NCBI GenBank assembly: GCA_032718475.1
Contig: JAUCBJ010000550.1
Location: 1 to 64,000, forward strand
Direction of reading: 5' to 3'
Length of the DNA stretch: 64,000 nt
Source of the DNA: Nemertoderma westbladi
Lineage: Eukaryota > Animalia > Xenacoelomorpha
The notes below the pieces were generated by a model. It saw nothing but the letters and a program-made list of their open reading frames with translations. It ran no database searches and had not been told where the DNA came from. The translations under genes and the position numbers were made by a program. Shown in pieces: positions 24,731 to 37,138 of this stretch (its first letter is position 1; each line of letters opens with the position of its first letter).

Positions 24731-24892
24731 CTTTATTAGAACTGTTGTTTGTGTGATCCAATAGCTTTAACAATGTCTTCGTAAGTCGAAGGAGGTCATT
24801 TAAAGAATAGAAACCGAAATGTATGAGATGACGAGCAAGATTGACTACATGGTATGTAAACCTGTTCTCCTCCTTGTTTCTGAAAAGTAGAC
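24731..24892 (-). CDS. ITPR: ITPR exon (...[27 protein letters not shown])
   Basis: AG/GT boundaries, phase 1-1; conserved VVNLAR.LI.FGFY...LLRLTK. Confidence 0.95.
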
Positions 24893-25130
24893 CTGAAAAG
24901 TAATTATATCGGAAATATTACAAAAGATTGATCTCCATCAAGTTATCTTTTCAAACAGCAAACCAACTCAAACTAATTGAAAACACTAACTAATGATTTA
25001 ATAAGAACTCTGGAGTTCGACCCCACGTCATATCCTTTTTAACGGATGACACATCTTACATGGCATAACTCGCCCATACTAATAGTATAATTCTTTAGTT
25101 GTTGACAAACTATTTATTAGCTGAACCTAC

Positions 25131-25282
25131 TTGACCGACTCCCCAAGTTATAAAGATATTTCTCCACAAAGGTAATGGTGTCAACAAACTTAGGAGGGTC
25201 AGTTTCCTGTGGTCTACCCTGCATTCCTTTGTTGCTATCGTAGTCTTCTATAGAAACCTTAAGTGGCACTTCCGACCATAAC
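25131..25282 (-). CDS. ITPR: ITPR exon (LWSEVPLKVSIEDYD...FVEKYL)
   Basis: AG/GT boundaries, phase 2-1; continues the YAR|LWSE motif. Confidence 0.92.
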
Positions 25283-26212
25283 CTGCAATTTAAATATTGA
25301 ATATTTCATTATTCATTGAAACAGCTTCTTTTTCTGCCTCTTTATAGACTTAAGAATTTTGAAAAATGATAAAGTTTATAAAAATGACGTTTTTAATTAC
25401 GGTATTAAATTAAGTTTATATTTATACATGTGAAGTCTAATTGGTTTCTTCGATTTATGCTACAAACTACGTAAGTGTATTCTCGAATTTCTTACAACCA
25501 AATAGTTACATCTTGGTCTCCTTGTTTTGAAATTTAACTAAAAGTTTCGTTTAGTATTATTGATGTAGAAACGTTAGAACATACAAACAATGTATTTGGG
25601 CGCGAACGAAAAAGTAAGTGAGCTTGGTATAAGGGAATCACAATGTTTAAACCGTTGTCTGTCGGGTTGTCTGTCTGTCGCCTAATGTTAGAAGACTAAT
25701 AAGTCAATATAAAATAGTCAATGTTTTCAAGCCAAACTTAATAGTTTAATAAATAGTTAAATGTATAAAACGGAAAGTGTACCCTTTTAGCAACCAATAA
25801 TACTGAGAGACATCATAACGTTGGAATATAACTAGGCATAATAACGTAAATAACGAACCGGAATGTTGTTTTACACAGATTAAAGTTAAAAAGCAAGAAA
25901 TATAACAATTTGGTGCTCATGTAGTCGCAATCTGTCAAAACACTTATACATAATTAGCGTGGGGGACATCCGCTTGGCGGCGATTAGGTAACTGTTGAAA
26001 TATAGAGGTAGGCCTACCCGGTACCCGGTGCCCGGTTACCCGGTGTCCGGTGCCTGGTACCCGTATGCTAAACCTGCTTACTTCGTTCTGCGCAAAAGGC
26101 CCAAAGAACGTGTTTACTATTCATACAGACTGAAAAATTGTTGCGATTATTTTTGATATGCCCCGTCCTAGCGGTAGTCGTACAGTGCAGTGTATTATAA
26201 TGTTTTACTAGC

Positions 26213-26425
26213 CTTGCATAGCGTACGGGAGTTATTGTCTCCTGGGGGTCCCTGTCTACATGCATATGCAGCAAAAGACGACTTAACGCGGCTCTTAGAT
26301 CGAAAGGTAGACTGTTATCTGCCATGCAGCGGAGTATCAGACTTATACCTAGTTGATCGCAAAGTGCGTTAATCCCAATGTATTGTCTATCCAAACACAT
26401 CTGACTGAACAAGCCGAGTTGGTGT
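26213..26425 (-). CDS. ITPR: ITPR exon ([15 protein letters not shown]...[17 protein letters not shown]), probable GC donor
   Basis: Highly conserved MCLDRQY and [10 protein letters not shown] motifs. Frame is kept with the next exon's natural acceptor only if the donor is AG|GCTAGT. Confidence 0.92.
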
Positions 26426-27240
26426 CTGAAAATTAAAAGACAGGTTTTTAAGACTACAAATTTTGGGTGGTTTTTTGGACAAAAAATAATGGCTCCAATT
26501 AATCAAATATATCTGTTACACTTAGATATGTTTAGTCAGAGAGCTCTTATTAGCCTCGCATGCTAAAGGATGAGTGGGACCGAGGTCATAAGAAAATAAA
26601 GTAGAAACTTCGTCGAATTTATTAGATTTGATCCATACTAACTTTTCGTTTCAAGGCAACTAGGGCCTCCACAGACTTTTAATTACGATTTAGGCCTAAG
26701 AGAAAGCCAGTGGGAATCTACCCAGCAATAATTATTTTATATTAATTAAATTATCTTGATGTTTGTGTCCCCACTATTGATTTTGCCCCATATTTTATTT
26801 CATATTAATTCTAATAGTACAGATATACAGAAATTATACGGAAATTAAACAACCGATACCGATATACATTATAAAAAACAACATTAAACCAACAATCAAC
26901 CACTCTCCACTAAACTATTCAACAAACAACTGCACTGCATTCACCCTTGTGAAAACGACATACTAACTAAATAAATTAGATAACGGTATCTAAAAAAATA
27001 TATATAGTAGGTCATGACCCACCTATAACAATACATAATGTTCGAATGTTCGATTCCAGTTACAAATAACAGTTTAAGTACTAATTAATTATTAGAGTTT
27101 TAATAATGATCACTTATGCATCTTTATTTACTTATGTATGTATTTCCTATTGATTCATATAATTTTGTTAGGTTTTCCCCGGGTTATAGTCCAACGTCTA
27201 TACTAGTATTATCTTGGGGTAAAATAGATATCGAATATAA

Positions 27241-28576
27241 ACAACATGACCCGTAATATAATGTCATTTGTCATTTTCTGATGAATAGGACCCAAGGACG
27301 CCTTGTACGGACCCCCAAATTTTTCTACAAATCTTTATTCTTTATCTTTAAAAAAAGTGTCTCCGTCGTGTCTCGTGTTGGTACTAGTGGAAAGCTGACC
27401 GTGCAAGGATTCCAAATATGAAAAAATATTTCCATTTGGTTGGGAAATAGCTGAGATATTGGCATTCGAATTTCGCATGTATTTGCTTCCACTGCAGGCC
27501 ATTTATTCTATTAAATAAATACACAATTTTCTAGAACATTTTGATTATATATGAATAATATATCCATACTAGCATGGCCTACTATATATATTATATATTA
27601 TTATATATACATTCTATATAGTAGGCCATGATACTAGTATTATCATGTAGGCATTGCATTGTTGCCAATCTACTTATGAGATAAACAAAATGTTCTAGAA
27701 TATTGTGTATTTATTTAATAGAATAAATGGCCTGCAGCGGAAGCAAATACATGCAAAATTAAAATGCCCATATCTCAGCTATTTCCCAACCAAATTCAAA
27801 TATTTTTACATATTTGGAATACTTGCACTGTCAGCTTTCCACTAGTGCCAAAATTACTAAATGTTTGAAGAATAACTGCGGTGTAACTCGGTGCAATATC
27901 GACAATGACACTTTTTTTAAACGCTTGTAGCTAAAGATTGAAAGCAAAAATACAAATTTTGGCTCACCCAGTCAGTGGTCGGGAGGTGAAACTAACTATG
28001 TTTCAAATTTCATGCAATCTCATTAACTTGTAGAAAAATTTGGGGGGGGGGGGGGGGCGGGGTGCTCACCTGAATTACGACACTATATTCTGGGACATGG
28101 TGTACAGTTGTTGCACACTCATGAGATAAATAATAATATACGTTCTAGAATGTTATGTATTCATTAAATGGAATAATTATTAATAATTATTCTCCAGTGA
28201 AAGGTAATTCTTGCAATCTTTGAACGCCTATATCTCAGCTGTTTCTCAACGAAGCTCAGACATGTTACCTATTTGGAATCCTTGTCATGCAAGCTTTCCA
28301 ATGATGTGTACGTACGTACAGGGGCCTAATGTGAAGAATGGCCACGATAGGATGGGTGCAATATCACAAAATACACTTTTTCTAAAACGCTTAGAAAAAA
28401 ATTAAAGGCGAAACCGGAAATTCCGGCTTCATGGTAACAACCCCGGTGAGTTGAACTAGTTGTGTTTCAAATTTCAAGCAATATGATAAAGATTTGTAGA
28501 AAAATTGGGGGGGGGGGGGGGGGGGGGGGGGGCCGAGTCATCAAGAAAAGACACTATAAATACGGGTCATGGTGTA
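27241..28576. mobile_element. Foldback DNA element with duplicated right arm and central hairpin insertion
   Basis: 27310-27545 is the inverse of 27686-28060. 28100-28576 is a diverged second right arm. Termini are CATGACCCGTA / TACGGGTCATG. A CATGGCCTACTATATA...TATATAGTAGGCCATG hairpin lies at 27573-27630. Confidence 0.8.
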
Positions 28577-28764
28577 TATTTAGTGGGGCGTGGGGGTGGG
28601 GGGGGGGGGGGGAATAAAATACTATGGGGGAAGCTCCTTCTACTGAGGGTGTGGAAAATTTAGTAGAATTAAAAACAAGTAGAAAATAGATTATTAACAT
28701 TTAAAAAGCATTGATTTTGCGTCAATCAATTAATTAATACTGCAATAGTTGAATAAGACTCGTA

Positions 28765-30414
28765 ATGAAGAATGTTAATTATGTAGAATCAGAAGACGTT
28801 GAAAATGTCGATGTTGTAAACATCAACAATGTTAAAGATACAGGAATAGCTAAGTCAATTTCCATCCGATCTCTCGAGTCAACAGGCCAAAATGGAGAAA
28901 ACATTTCAACCACCTTATTGGGAATATATGTGTTATTTATGTTGGTATTCGGAATCTCTCTCGTGATATCTTCACATTTGCAGTTGGAAGTGACTAACAC
29001 TCACGTTGAATGCTTCTCTATATACGTGTACGTTCTGGGTATATTGTCACTTATTACTGTCATTGCGTTTTCCATGAAAGAGTTGAATGCCCCGGTAGAC
29101 CATAGCAATGGCAACATGTTCTTAAAGGCTGGGGCTCTGTTGTTCTTCATGGCAAGTTTGACGGAAGACGGTATTGATGTCACTATTTGGTATAAATATG
29201 AGCAGCACCACGTCTTAAACGCTACATTCCCGGCCACTATTGTGATCCGAGCAGTTTTTATGGGTACTCAACTTATGGCACTAATTCTCTATTCCGGAAA
29301 ATGTCTACAAGTCCACCAAACAATATCCAAATGTTGCCTAGCCCAATGCGTCATGGGTAATGTATTTTTGTGGTTTCAAACAGGAATTATGGAAGCTGTC
29401 GAATCTCTACATCGTGAAAACCCAAGAAACATGACATCGGACTACTTACATCCTGTTACCATTGGAAGCAGTCTGGAAAATATTCAAAATCTTTCAAGAA
29501 CTTTCTTCATACCATGTCGCATTGAATACTGCCTAATGGGTGCGACAATGATGTATTTCATGTTGAGAAATGTTGGTACTTCCCCATCAGAAAGTGGACA
29601 AGCCTCTTGTACTTTGACCGACATTGATGTCAAAACCACCTCGTCTCAAACCGTAGATGATAAATCAGTCTCTTTGGCTATTGGATTAATAGCAGGATCT
29701 ATATGTTTAGTATCCAGTTTTGTTGTGATCATAATATCATCAGTGTTACTTACAGAAGCCGCAGAAAAGAAATTAGAGACAATCTTCGTTAAAAATAGTT
29801 ATGTTGGATATTATATCACAATACAAGTAATTATGAGTGTTTGTGTAGCGATTTTAGGGTGGTCCATGCGTGTTAAACATACCTTCGAAAAGAATGAAAA
29901 AATTTACTTGGATAGAGCATTGCTGTTAATATCCCTTGGAGGTGCATTCGTAATGATATCTTTCAGTTTTATTGCCGGAATTTACAGTGACAATTCAAAA
30001 ATAAACCAACGTATACTACTGTTTGTTACTTACGGCACTTATATGTTTCAAGCGAGTTTACAAGTAATTGTTATACTTGATGGATTGCATCGGCGCGCCC
30101 ATGCGGCTGGTGAGAAGTGGAGCAAAGGCCTTGTATTATTTATTATATTTGGAAATATATCATTGTGGATAGACAGCATTTTTGAGACAAAATTCAACAC
30201 AGCCGTGATTCAGATTGAGTTCTTTGATTCTTGGCAGATGATACTGCACACGATGAGTCCTTTAATGATTTACTTCAGGTTCCATTCAACTGAATGCTTT
30301 TGCGAAATTCTGCATCATGCCTATTCAACTAAAGTTGGAGAGAAAAAGGAATCAAAGATGTCATGGGAAAGAACCCTGAGTAGAAAAATTAGAAGACAAT
30401 TATCATTGAAATAG
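28765..30414 (+). CDS. OTOP: Otopetrin-family proton channel, paralog A (intronless, antisense in ITPR intron)
   Basis: 549 aa, ~12 hydrophobic helices; GNVFLWFQTGIMEA, PCRIEYCLMGATMMY, NISLW, PLMIYFRFHSTEC (otopetrin NxxLW, IEY and FYRxHS motifs). Confidence 0.9.
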   Translation: MKNVNYVESEDVENVDVVNINNVKDTGIAKSISIRSLESTGQNGENISTTLLGIYVLFMLVFGISLVISSHLQLEVTNTHVECFSIYVYVLGILSLITVIAFSMKELNAPVDHSNGNMFLKAGALLFFMASLTEDGIDVTIWYKYEQHHVLNATFPATIVIRAVFMGTQLMALILYSGKCLQVHQTISKCCLAQCVMGNVFLWFQTGIMEAVESLHRENPRNMTSDYLHPVTIGSSLENIQNLSRTFFIPCRIEYCLMGATMMYFMLRNVGTSPSESGQASCTLTDIDVKTTSSQTVDDKSVSLAIGLIAGSICLVSSFVVIIISSVLLTEAAEKKLETIFVKNSYVGYYITIQVIMSVCVAILGWSMRVKHTFEKNEKIYLDRALLLISLGGAFVMISFSFIAGIYSDNSKINQRILLFVTYGTYMFQASLQVIVILDGLHRRAHAAGEKWSKGLVLFIIFGNISLWIDSIFETKFNTAVIQIEFFDSWQMILHTMSPLMIYFRFHSTECFCEILHHAYSTKVGEKKESKMSWERTLSRKIRRQLSLK

Positions 30415-30679
30415 ATAAAAATCAGATATGAAGAAAAAAATATTGGTGATGGTTGATTTTTATTTATTTATTTTTTTATTTATTGGTGATGGCCGATAAA
30501 AAAAAATACGTAAACACGCAACCGTATAATTAACTGGAGATGAACATGTTGTTTAAGGGATGTTGTTTACTAGTACAACTTAGTAATTGAATTTCACCAT
30601 TATTAATGAGCTAAAAAACAACTTTGAAAAAAAACATTGGGGAGAGAAGACGCAGAAGAAAACATTAAATTCGAAATAT

Positions 30680-33600
30680 AGGTGCCATAATCAATGGGGT
30701 TGGAGGTGTCATTCTCAATGGTGTTGGAGGTGTCATACTCAATGGGGTTGGAGGTGTCATTCTCAATGGGATAGGATGTGTCATTCTCAATGGGATTGGA
30801 AGTGTCATTCTCAATGGGGTGAAGTGTCATTCTCAATGGGGTTGGAGGTGCCATAATCAATGGGATAGGAGGTGTCATTCTCAATGGGGTGGAGGTGTCA
30901 TTCTCAATGGGATTGGAAGTGTCATTCTCAATGGGGTGAAGTGTCATTCTCAATGGGGTTGGAGGTGCCATAATCAATGGGATAGGAGGTGTCATTCTCA
31001 ATGGGGTGAAGTGTCATTCTCAATGGGATAGGAGGTGTTATTTTCAATGGGGAGGAGGTGTCATTCTCAATGGGGTTGGAGGTGTCATTCTCAATGTGGT
31101 GGAGGTGTCATACTCAATGGGATAGGAGGTGTTATTTTCAATGGGGAGGAAGTGTCATTCTCAATGGGATAGGAGGTGTCATTCTCAATGTGGTGGAGGT
31201 GTCATACTCAATGGGGTGGAGGTGTCATTCTCAATGGGGTGAAGTGTCATTCTCAATGGGATAGGAGGTGTCATTCTCAATGCGGTTGAGGTGTCATACT
31301 CAATGGGGTGGAGGTGTCATTCTCAATGGGATAGGAGGAGCCATTCTCAATGGTGTTGGAGGTGTCATACTCAATGGGGTGGAGGTGCCATTCTCAATGG
31401 TGTTGGAGGTGTCATACTCAATGGGGTTGGAGGTGTCATTCTCAATGGGATAGGATGTGTCATTCTCAATGGGATTGGAAGTGTCATTCTCAATGGGGTG
31501 AAGTGTCATTCTCAATGGGGTTGGAGGTGCCATAATCAATGGGATAGGAGGTGTCATTCTCAATGGGGTGGAGGTGTCATTCTCAATGGGATAGGAGGTG
31601 TCATTCTCAATGTGGTGGAGGTGCCATAATCAATGGGGTGGAGTGTCATTCTCAATGGGATAGGAGGTGTCATTCTCAATGTGGTGGAGGTGCCATAATC
31701 AATGGGGTGGAGTGTCATTCTCAATGGGATAGGAGGTGTCATTCTCAATGGGGTTGGAGGTGTCATTCTCAATGGGGTGGAGGTGTCATTCTCAATGGGA
31801 TAGGAGGTGTTATTTTCAATGGGGAGGAGGTGTCATTCTCAATGGGATAAGAGGTGTCATTCTCAATGGGATTGGAAGTGTCATTCTCAATGGGGTGAAG
31901 TGTCATTCTCAATGGGATAGGAGGTGTCATTCTCAATGTGGTGGAGGTGTCATACTCAATGGGGTGGAGGTGTCATTCTCAATGGGATAGGAGGTGTCAT
32001 TCTCAATGGGATTGGAAGTGTCATTCTCAATGGGGTGAAGTGTCATTCTCAATGGGATAGGAGGTGTTATTTTCAATGGGGAGGAGGTGTCATTCTCAAT
32101 GGGGTTGGAGGTGTCATTCTCAATGTGGTGGAGGTGTCATACTCAATGGGGTGGAGGTGTCATTCTCAATGGGGTAGAGGTGTCATTCTCAATGGGATAG
32201 GAGGTGTCATTCTCAATGGGATTGGAAGTGTCATTCTCAATGGGGTGAAGTGTCATTCTCAATGGGATAGGAGGTGTTATTTTCAATGGGGAGGAGGTGT
32301 CATTCTCAATGGGATAAGAGGTGTCATTCTCAATGGGATTGGAAGTGTCATTCTCAATGGGGTGAAGTGTCATTCTCAATGGGATAGGAGGTGTTATTTT
32401 CAATGGGGAGGAGGTGTCATTCTCAATGGGATAGGAGGTGTCATTCTCAATGGGGTGGAGATGTCATTCTCAATGCGGTGGAGTTGTCATTCTCAATGGG
32501 ATATGAGGTGTCATTCTCAATGGGGTGGAGGTGTCATTCTCAATGGGGTGGAGTTGTCATTCTCAATGGGATATGAGGTGTCATTCTCAATGGGGTGGAG
32601 GTGTCACTCTCAATGGGGTGGAGATGTCATTCTCAATGGGGTAGAGGTGTCATTCTCAATGGGGTAGAGGTGTCATACTCAATGGGGTGGATGTGTCATT
32701 CTCAATGGGGTGGAGGTGTCATTCTCAATGGGGTGGAGATGTCATTCTCAATGGGGTAGAGGTGTCATACTCAATGAGATAGGAGGTGACATTCTTAATG
32801 GTGTAGAGGTGTCATACTCAATGGGATAGGAGGTGTCATACTCAATGGGGTGGATGTGTCATTCTCAATGGGGTGGAGGTGTCATTCTCAATGGGGTGGA
32901 GGTGTCATTCTCAATGTGGTGGAGGTGTTATTCTCAATGGGGTGGAGTTGTCATTCCCAATGCGGTTGAGGTGTCATTCTCAATGGGGTAGAGGTGTCAT
33001 ACTCAATGAGATAGGAGGTGTCATACTCAATGGGGTGGATGTGTCATTCTCAATGGGGTGGAGGTGTCATTCTCAATGGGGTGGAGATGTCATTCTCAAT
33101 GGGGTAGAGGTGTCATACTCAATGAGATAGGAGGTGACATTCTTAATGGTGTAGAGGTGTCATACTCAATGAGATAGGAGGTGTCATACTCAATGGGGTG
33201 GATGTGTCATTCTCAATGGGGTGGAGGTGTCATTCTCAATGGGGTGGAGATGTCATTCTCAATGGGGTAGAGGTGTCATACTCAATGAGATAGGAGGTGA
33301 CATTCTTAATGGTGTAGAGGTGTCATACTCAATGGGATAGGAGGTGTCATACTCAATGGGGTGGATGTGTCATTCTCAATGGGGTGGAGGTGTCATTCTC
33401 AATGGGGTGGAGGTGTCATTCTCAATGTGGTGGAGGTGTTATTCTCAATGGGGTGGAGTTGTCATTCCCAATGCGGTTGAGGTGTCATTCTCAATGGGGT
33501 AGAGGTGTCATTCTCAATGGGATAGGAGGTGTCATTCTCAATGGGGTGGAGGTGTCATACTCAATGGGATAGGAGGTGTCATTCTCAATGGGGTGGAGGT

Positions 33601-36450
33601 GTCATTCTCAATGTGGTGGAGGTGTTATTCTCAATGGGGTGGAGTTGTCATTCCCAATGCGGTTGAGGTGTCATTCTCAATGGGGTAGAGGTGTCATTCT
33701 CAATGGGATAGGAGGTGTCATTCTCAATGGGGTGGAGGTGTCATACTCAATGGGATAGGAGGTGCCATACTCAATGGGGTGGAGGTGTCATTCTCAATGG
33801 GGTGGAGTTGTCATTCTCAATGGGATAGGAGGTGTTATTCTCAATGGGGTGGAGTTGTCATTCCCAATGCGGTTGAGGTGTCATTCTCAATGGGGTAGAG
33901 GTGTCATTCTCAATGGGGTATAGGTGTCATTCTCAATGGGATAGGAGGTGTCATTCTCAATGTGGTGGAGGTGTCATTCTCAATGGGGTGGAGGTGTCAT
34001 TCTCAATGGGGTGGAGTTGTCATTCCCAATGCGGTTGAGGTGTCATTCTCAATGGGGTAGAGGTGTCATTCTCAATGGGGTATAGGTGTCATTCTCAATG
34101 GGATAGGAGGTGTCATTCTCAATGGGGTGGAGGTGTCATTCTCAATGGGATAGGAGGTGTCATTCTCAATGGGATTGGAAGTGTCATTCTCAATGGGGTG
34201 AAGTGTCATTCTCAATGGGATAGGAGGTGTTATTTTCAATGGGGAGGAGGTGTCATTCTCAATGGGGTTGGAGGTGTCATTCTCAATGTGGTGGAGGTGT
34301 CATACTCAATGGGGTGGAGGTGTCATTCTCAATGGGATAGGAGGTGTCATTCTCAATGGGATTGGAAGTGTCATTCTCAATGGGGTGAAGTGTCATTCTC
34401 AATGGGATAGGAGGTGTCATTCTCAATGGGATAGGAGGTGTCATTCTCAATGGGATTGGAAGTGTCATTCTCAATGGGGTGAAGTGTCATTCTCAATGGG
34501 ATAGGAGGTGTTATTTTCAATGGGGAGGAGGTGTCATTCTCAATGGGATAAGAGGTGTCTTTCTCAATGGGATTGGAAGTGTCATTCTCAATGGGGTGAA
34601 GTGTCATTCTCAATGGGATAGGAGGTGTTATTTTCAATGGGGAGGAGGTGTCATTCTCAATGGGATAGGAGGTGTCATTCTCAATGGGGTGGAGATGTCA
34701 TTCTCAATGCGGTGGAGTTGTCATTCTCAATGGGATATGAGGTGTCATTCTCAATGGGATTGGAAGTGTCATTCTCAATGGGGTGAAGTGTCATTCTCAA
34801 TGGGATAGGAGGTGTTATTTTCAATGGGGAGGAGGTGTCATTCTCAATGGGATAAGAGGTGTCATTCTCAATGGGATTGGAAGTGTCATTCTCAATGGGG
34901 TGAAGTGTCATTCTCAATGGGATAGGAGGTGTTATTTTCAATGGGGAGGAGGTGTCATTCTCAATGGGATATGAGGTGTCATTCTCAATGGGATTGGAAG
35001 TGTCATTCTCAATGGGGTGAAGTGTCATTCTCAATGGGATAGGAGGTGTTATTTTCAATGGGGAGGAGGTGTCATTCTCAATGGGATAAGAGGTGTCATT
35101 CTCAATGGGATTGGAAGTGTCATTCTCAATGGGGTAGAGGTGTCATTCTCAATGGGATAGGAGGTGTTATTTTCAATGGGGAGGAGGTGTCATTCTCAAT
35201 GGGATAAGAGGTGTCATTCTCAATGGGATTGGAAGTGTCATTCTCAATGGGGTGAAGTGTCATTCTCAATGGGATAGGAGGTGTTATTTTCAATGGGGAG
35301 GAGGTGTCATTCTCAATGGGATAGGAGGTGTCATTCTCAATGGGGTGGAGATGTCATTCTCAATGCGGTGGAGTTGTCATTCTCAATGGGATATGAGGTG
35401 TCATTCTCAATGGGGTGGAGGTGTCACTCTCAATGGGGTGGAGATGTCATTCTCAATGGGGTAGAGGTGTCATTCTCAATGGGGTAGAGGTGTCATACTC
35501 AATGAGATAGGAGGTGACATTCTTAATGGTGTAGAGGTGTCATACTCAATGGGATAGGAGGTGTCATACTCAATGGGGTGGAGATGTCATTCTCAATGGG
35601 GTAGAGGTGTCATACTCAATGAGATAGGAGGTGACATTCTTAATGGTGTAGAGGTGTCATACTCAATGAGATAGGAGGTGACATTCTTAATGGTGTAGAG
35701 GTGTCATACTCAATGGGATAGGAGGTGTCATACTCAATGGGGTGGATGTGTCATTCTCAATGGGGTGGAGGTGTCATTCTCAATGGGGTGGAGGTGTCAT
35801 TCTCAATGTGGTGGAGGTGTTATTCTCAATGGGGTGGAGTTGTCATTCCCAATGCGGTTGAGGTGTCATTCTCAATGGGGTAGAGGTGTCATTCTCAATG
35901 GGATAGGAGGTGTCATTCTCAATGGGGTGGAGGTGTCATTCTCAATGGGGTGGAGTTGTCATTCTCAATGGGATAGGAGGTGTCATTCTCAATGGGGTGG
36001 AGTTGTCATTCCCAATGCGGTTGAGGTGTCATTCTCAATGGGGTAGAGGTGTCATTCTCAATGGGGTATAGGTGTCATTCTCAATGGGATAGGAGGTGTC
36101 ATTCTCAATGTGGTGGAGGTGTCATTCTCAATGGGGTGGAGGTGTCATTCTCAATGGGGTGGAGTTGTCATTCCCAATGCGGTTGAGGTGTCATTCTCAA
36201 TGGGGTAGAGGTGTCATTCTCAATGGGGTATAGGTGTCATTCTCAATGGGATAGGAGGTGTCATTCTCAATGGGGTGGAGGTGTCATTCTCAATGTGGTG
36301 GAGGTGTCATACTCAATGAGATAGGAGGTGACATTCTCAATGGGGTGGAGGTGTCATACTCAATGAGATAGGTGTCATTCTCAATGGGATAGGTGTCATT
36401 CTCAATGGGATAGGTGTCATTCTCAATGGGATAGGAGGTGTCATTCTCGG
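30680..36450. repeat. 5.8-kb satellite of 21-24-bp units (core GTGTCATTCTCAATGGG + variable G-rich linker)
   Basis: Read directly; ~250 units with higher-order block duplications. Confidence 0.98.
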
Positions 36451-37138
36451 GCCTTGAGGTCATTCTCTTCTGATGATAACTGAGTGTGTTTTGGTTGTTA
36501 TTGCAGATTATATACATAATATATATTTAATTCCATTTAATAAAAAACGAATAAATTGATTATATATATAGACATAGCCTTCTAAACTTTTAAATATGAG
36601 CACATTCCGACTATATGTAATGTTGAATTTGAAAACTATGAGAACTATGACGGACAATAGTACTGTTCCTACGGAGGCAACGTAAGGGAGAGGCATGGGC
36701 AGCAACGGCATCCAGCACGCCGATCGTACTGTCACTTTCTAACCAAAACGCGAACTTGGATAGTGTTTCTATGGAACAACACATCAGCAAAAATAGTGAT
36801 GCACAGGTCAGGCTGATTGATAATACAGGTGCTTCTGCAATATATATTACAAGAATGAGTGGAAGTCATAGATAAGTGATTATTAAATTCAGTCAAGTAA
36901 TTAATTACATCATCAAATTGGACTAATGTTGTTTAGTTTTAATTCCAATACTAACTATTATGACAGTAATCCCTTACAGAATGGTATTTGATAAACAAAC
37001 AACACTTTGACCTTCCAAGTCAAGTTGAGAATAAAATAACATGTTATTCAATTTAAACATTGATAGTAAGTCAGAATTGAGAAATGTATTCAACTATTAA
37101 TTAAATCAGAATATTTAAAAACCCATTGAAAATACAAT

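Noticed and set aside
30587-36517. Dozens of short ORFs and a CRISPR-like constant-core/variable-linker look
   Set aside because: Linkers are only 5-9 nt, drawn from a small recurring set; eukaryotic context with no cas genes. It is a satellite.
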